Assembly: GCA_964016885.1 (NCBI GenBank)
Contig: OZ024755.1
Span: forward strand, 37,014,001-37,078,000
Reading direction: 5' to 3'
Origin: Eledone cirrhosa
Taxonomy: Eukaryota
DNA: 64,000 nt
Within the stretch, counting starts at the first letter, position 1, and each line of letters begins with the position of its first letter. Below, piece by piece: positions 60,364 to 64,000 of the stretch. The notes under the pieces were generated by a model. The model did not search any database. It was not told the origin of the DNA and was given only the letters and a program-made list of their open reading frames with translations. A program made the position numbers and the translations under genes.

Positions 60364-60411
60364 CCTAATAAACCTATATATATATATATATATATATAAC
60401 CTAATAAACCT
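59790..60411. repeat. ttacctaataaacc + variable (TA)n satellite (also 57049-57259)
   Basis: Constant 14-mer separated by TA runs of varying length. Confidence 0.92.
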
Positions 60412-60467
60412 TTATTTGTCTGCCTCTCTGTTTTGTTCCCGTCTAGATTTGCACTATATATATATAT

Positions 60468-61078
60468 ATGGTGGCTGCCGACTCGTTTTCGAGTACGGCC
60501 ACTACTTTATATCCATGTAGGAGAACCTCTACCGATGCGCTAAACAAGTGTGACTTTTTTAGTCCACCCAGCGACTTGAAAACTCTGGTACAAACACTAC
60601 ACTTGTGACAATTATTGACACATAGTGCTGGGCCCATGGTACCATGTGACGACAAGTGCAGAGAGATCTCCAGATACAAAGCAATGCCTGTGCCGTGAAG
60701 CTTTTATAGTGAGCAAAGGCAATGCACCAAGCCAGTCCCACTCTCTTGACCAAGATGATATTTACCAAAAAGAAGAACAAGTCAACATCATTGGATACCA
60801 TCAGGGTTGCAGGTGCTATATCAGAGTTTTCCTGCTAGAATTCTGCCTTGACAAAGGCTAAGGGGTCATCTCTCCCGGAGATTTTGGATGGCCATTGACT
60901 TTTAAGAGCTCCTTTGCCCTTTGACAGGTTTTGTTTTTAGTCCTGCAGGATGTCCAAAGTCACCCTCCTCACCAAGAAACCTTGGTGGGGTTGCCAGTTT
61001 AGTCGCCAACAACCCGACCATGAGACAGGTTGTACTGGGATACATGTTACCAGTAGCACCAACTGGTGACCTGACATA
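60468..61078 (-). mobile_element. ~600 bp non-autonomous RTE-derived repeat; copies 26858-27315, 30885-31475; head fragments 29975-30212, 30660-30862
   Basis: Near-identical copies; minus-strand C2H2 remnant [17 protein letters not shown] near the 3' end followed by an ATGT-type tail. Confidence 0.7.
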
Positions 61079-61107
61079 AACATACATATACATACATACA
61101 TATATAT

Positions 61108-61200
<93 letters not shown>

Positions 61201-61262
61201 CCGTACATATATATATACATATATATATATACATACATACATATATATACCGTACACATATA

Positions 61263-61299
<37 letters not shown>

Positions 61300-61354
61300 G
61301 TATATACATACATATATATATATACCGTACATATATATATATAGATATATATAG

Positions 61355-61385
<31 letters not shown>

Positions 61386-61394
61386 GATATACAT

Positions 61395-61425
<31 letters not shown>

Positions 61426-61929
61426 CATTGAAACAAAATGAAAACGAAATTTCATTTCTCACTCTTAGTATGGCACTTACTTAGTAAGCTTGAAACTAGT
61501 ACATCGTTCCTGTGTCAGTGTTGAACAAAAAGGTGACGTGGTTGCCTTAACACCGTATGGCATAAATTCAGCTGTTCAGTTTGTTTACAAACGAACAAAG
61601 CGACGTTATAATAAGCGCCGCTAAACTGATACGTGCATATATGTATGTGTACCTGTATGCATATGTATGTATATATGTATATATATATATATATGTGCAT
61701 GCTACTGTACGTCTGTATACATATATGTATGTACGTATACATGCATACTTATATATATACAGATACATATATATATAAACATACATTATATATATAAATA
61801 CATATATATACATACATATATATATATATATATATACATACATATATATATACACATACATATATATATACACATACATTTATATATATACATACATTTA
61901 TATATATAAATATATATATATATATATAA

Positions 61930-62000
<71 letters not shown>

Positions 62001-62040
62001 TTATTCCGGGTTGAATACACACACACACACACACACACAT

Positions 62041-62145
<105 letters not shown>

Positions 62146-62260
62146 AGCAAAGTGGTATTTAATTTGTTGGTAATTCAACAAATATATTTATAACATGTTC
62201 TAAGCTCTCGATAAGTTTTCTGGATTATAACATTTTTCATTTTTAACCTTTTAATTTTTT

Positions 62261-62393
62261 TAAATACACGTACACTGTAGTAATATAAATACACGTACAC
62301 TGTAGTAATATAAATACACGTACACTGTAGTAATATAAATACACGTACACTGTAGTAATATAAATACACGTACACTGTAGTAATATAAATACA
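62261..62393. repeat. 25-bp tandem repeat, ~5 copies
   Basis: taaatacacgtacactgtagtaata. Confidence 0.95.
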
Positions 62394-62645
62394 AGCTTTT
62401 CTTTCTTCTTCCTATATATATCGTAATAATTATTTAAATCTACCGAGCGTCTAAAAATAATGATTTTTTTCAGCCCTACGCCTCAACCTCATTTGCATAT
62501 TCATAAAAATAATTTGAAATATTTGTTTTTTTCTTTCTTCCCCTTTTCCCCCCTTTCTCTCTTTCATTTCACTATCCAGGTGAAACTTGAACCGTTAAGG
62601 TCTCATTCCTGGACATTTCAATATTTATAAAACAAACTTTGTATT

Positions 62646-62698
62646 TTATCTGATGAGTGCGTACAAATGTTTTGGTACCCTTGAAATATATATAATAG
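62646..62698 (+). ncRNA. Type I hammerhead, family K; variants at 36796-36846 (-) and 63241-63296 (+)
   Basis: ttat-CTGATGA-..gtac/gtac..-GAAA-tatata-TA-atag. The tail ggttttataaatatagtttccattt is also seen at 1-25 and 21690-21725. Confidence 0.68.
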
Positions 62699-63076
62699 AA
62701 TAAATATGGTTTTATAAATATAGTTTCCATTTATTAATATCATTGATATATATATATAGCTTAAAATGGAGTGAGAATAAGAAAGCAAGAACGGGGGAGT
62801 TTTCCTCATCAGTTGCCTACTGGGGGTCTCGGATTCCCTTTTCCCTTCTATTTTCCTTCCCTCGCCCCTCCGTTTTCCCAATAACTTACCCAGTTATTGA
62901 TGGCTCTGGGCGGTATATATCTTGTCTTTAAAGCCTGGAAATATCCGAGACCCCTAGAAGACAACTGATGAGAAAAACTCTCACCGCCCCAGTTCTTGCT
63001 TTCTTCTTATTCTCACTCCATGTTAAGCTACCTTAACTAGCAACTACACAGCCATTTCTATTCTCTCTCTGTCTCC

Positions 63077-63161
<85 letters not shown>

Positions 63162-63341
63162 AAATCAACTTTTTAAAAGAAGTTGCATTATTACAAGGTA
63201 TGTCACTAATTATTTATAAAACAGCTTATGTATTGTATTTTGTCTGAGGCAGGCATACCATATTTTTAATATGATATCCCAGAAATATATATAACGAAAT
63301 AAATATGGTTTTATAAATATAGTTTCCATTTGTTTAATATC

Positions 63342-63413
<72 letters not shown>

Positions 63414-63442
63414 GTGGTTACACAACAGTTAGTTTACCATAT

Positions 63443-63480
63443 CGAGAACAATTGTTTCACCTTAGCGGATCTTCAGCTCG
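63443..63480 (-). ncRNA. Minimal type I hammerhead, family F
   Basis: Minus strand: cgag-CTGAAGA-tcc gctaa ggt-GAAA-caattg-TT-ctcg; palindromic ACAATTGT stem III. Confidence 0.75.
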
Positions 63481-63511
63481 GGATCCTTTTTTTTTTTTTT
63501 TTTTTTTTTTA

Positions 63512-64000
63512 AACTTGAGCTTATGGAAGGGTCTGTGGGTGTGTGGGTGTGTATGCGAAGGTCTAAATTAATGTCTAAGAAATCTACGAGAGGTTGGTGG
63601 CTACTGTTATCCTAAGGCGTAACTCATTGAAGGTAGAAGCTAAGTCTTTTTTAAACCGGTCGAGGTCGTGACCACTTTTATTGTTCGATAAAGTCAGTCC
63701 ATCGTCACGGTATATTCCCGTGTGGAAGTGCGGGAATCTAACACGTAATATGTCTAAGATAAAAAGGCCAACCAAGTCGCATACGTCAGCACTGTCAAAC
63801 GATCCCATGGAGACGTCGAACAGGTCTGAAGTTGTAGACTTCTTTGCCCAGGCTACTCCGTCGTTGAAGAGGAGGGTTTTCCGGCATTGAACGATGATTT
63901 CCCTGTCTAAAACATGGACGGTGGTGTAAGTGGTAGCGAAGTCCAACTCTTTGTTTAACAGGGTCTCTGAGATCGATGGGTAAAAATCGACAATGTCAAA
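63512..64000 (-). pseudogene. Second Penelope-like RT fragment (runs off window end)
   Basis: Minus strand reads FDIVDFYPSISETLL...CRKTLLF...FDVSMGSFDSADVCDLVGLFIL...GIYRDDGL; after frameshifts VDFLDINLDL and HRPFHK; ends at an A-run. Confidence 0.92.

Noticed and set aside
59940-60411. Constant repeat with variable spacers as CRISPR-like array
   Set aside because: Spacers are only (TA)n of varying length.

Overview
AT-rich, repeat-saturated animal genomic DNA. The tRNA/Nin(Deu)-type SINE and OK/OR-like SINE tails suggest an octopod cephalopod (inference). No host protein-coding gene is supported; almost all ORFs in the track are translations of (TA)n/(CA)n/(CT)n microsatellites. Recognisable elements: two Penelope-like element (PLE) RT fragments of the YRDD type, one continuing into a GIY-YIG endonuclease and a 3' region with hammerhead ribozymes; RTE and CRE LINE remnants; a Ty3/gypsy RNase H remnant; about 30 SINE copies or fragments; hAT-like MITEs; Helentron-associated (HINE-like) repeats; several minisatellites. 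The most striking signal is in the short non-repetitive islands that interrupt the (TA)n tracts. Read by eye, these contain roughly 25-30 type I hammerhead ribozyme motifs from at least 10 unrelated sequence families. About a dozen have an intact CUGANGA/GAAA/UH core; many have palindromic stem III, some recurrent core variants (CCGANGA), and many sit in near-perfect foldbacks whose junctions often fall inside ribozyme stem II. Best reading: a diverse community of (TA)n-targeting, ribozyme-carrying PLEs or retrozyme-like elements. All folds were derived by eye and are untested.
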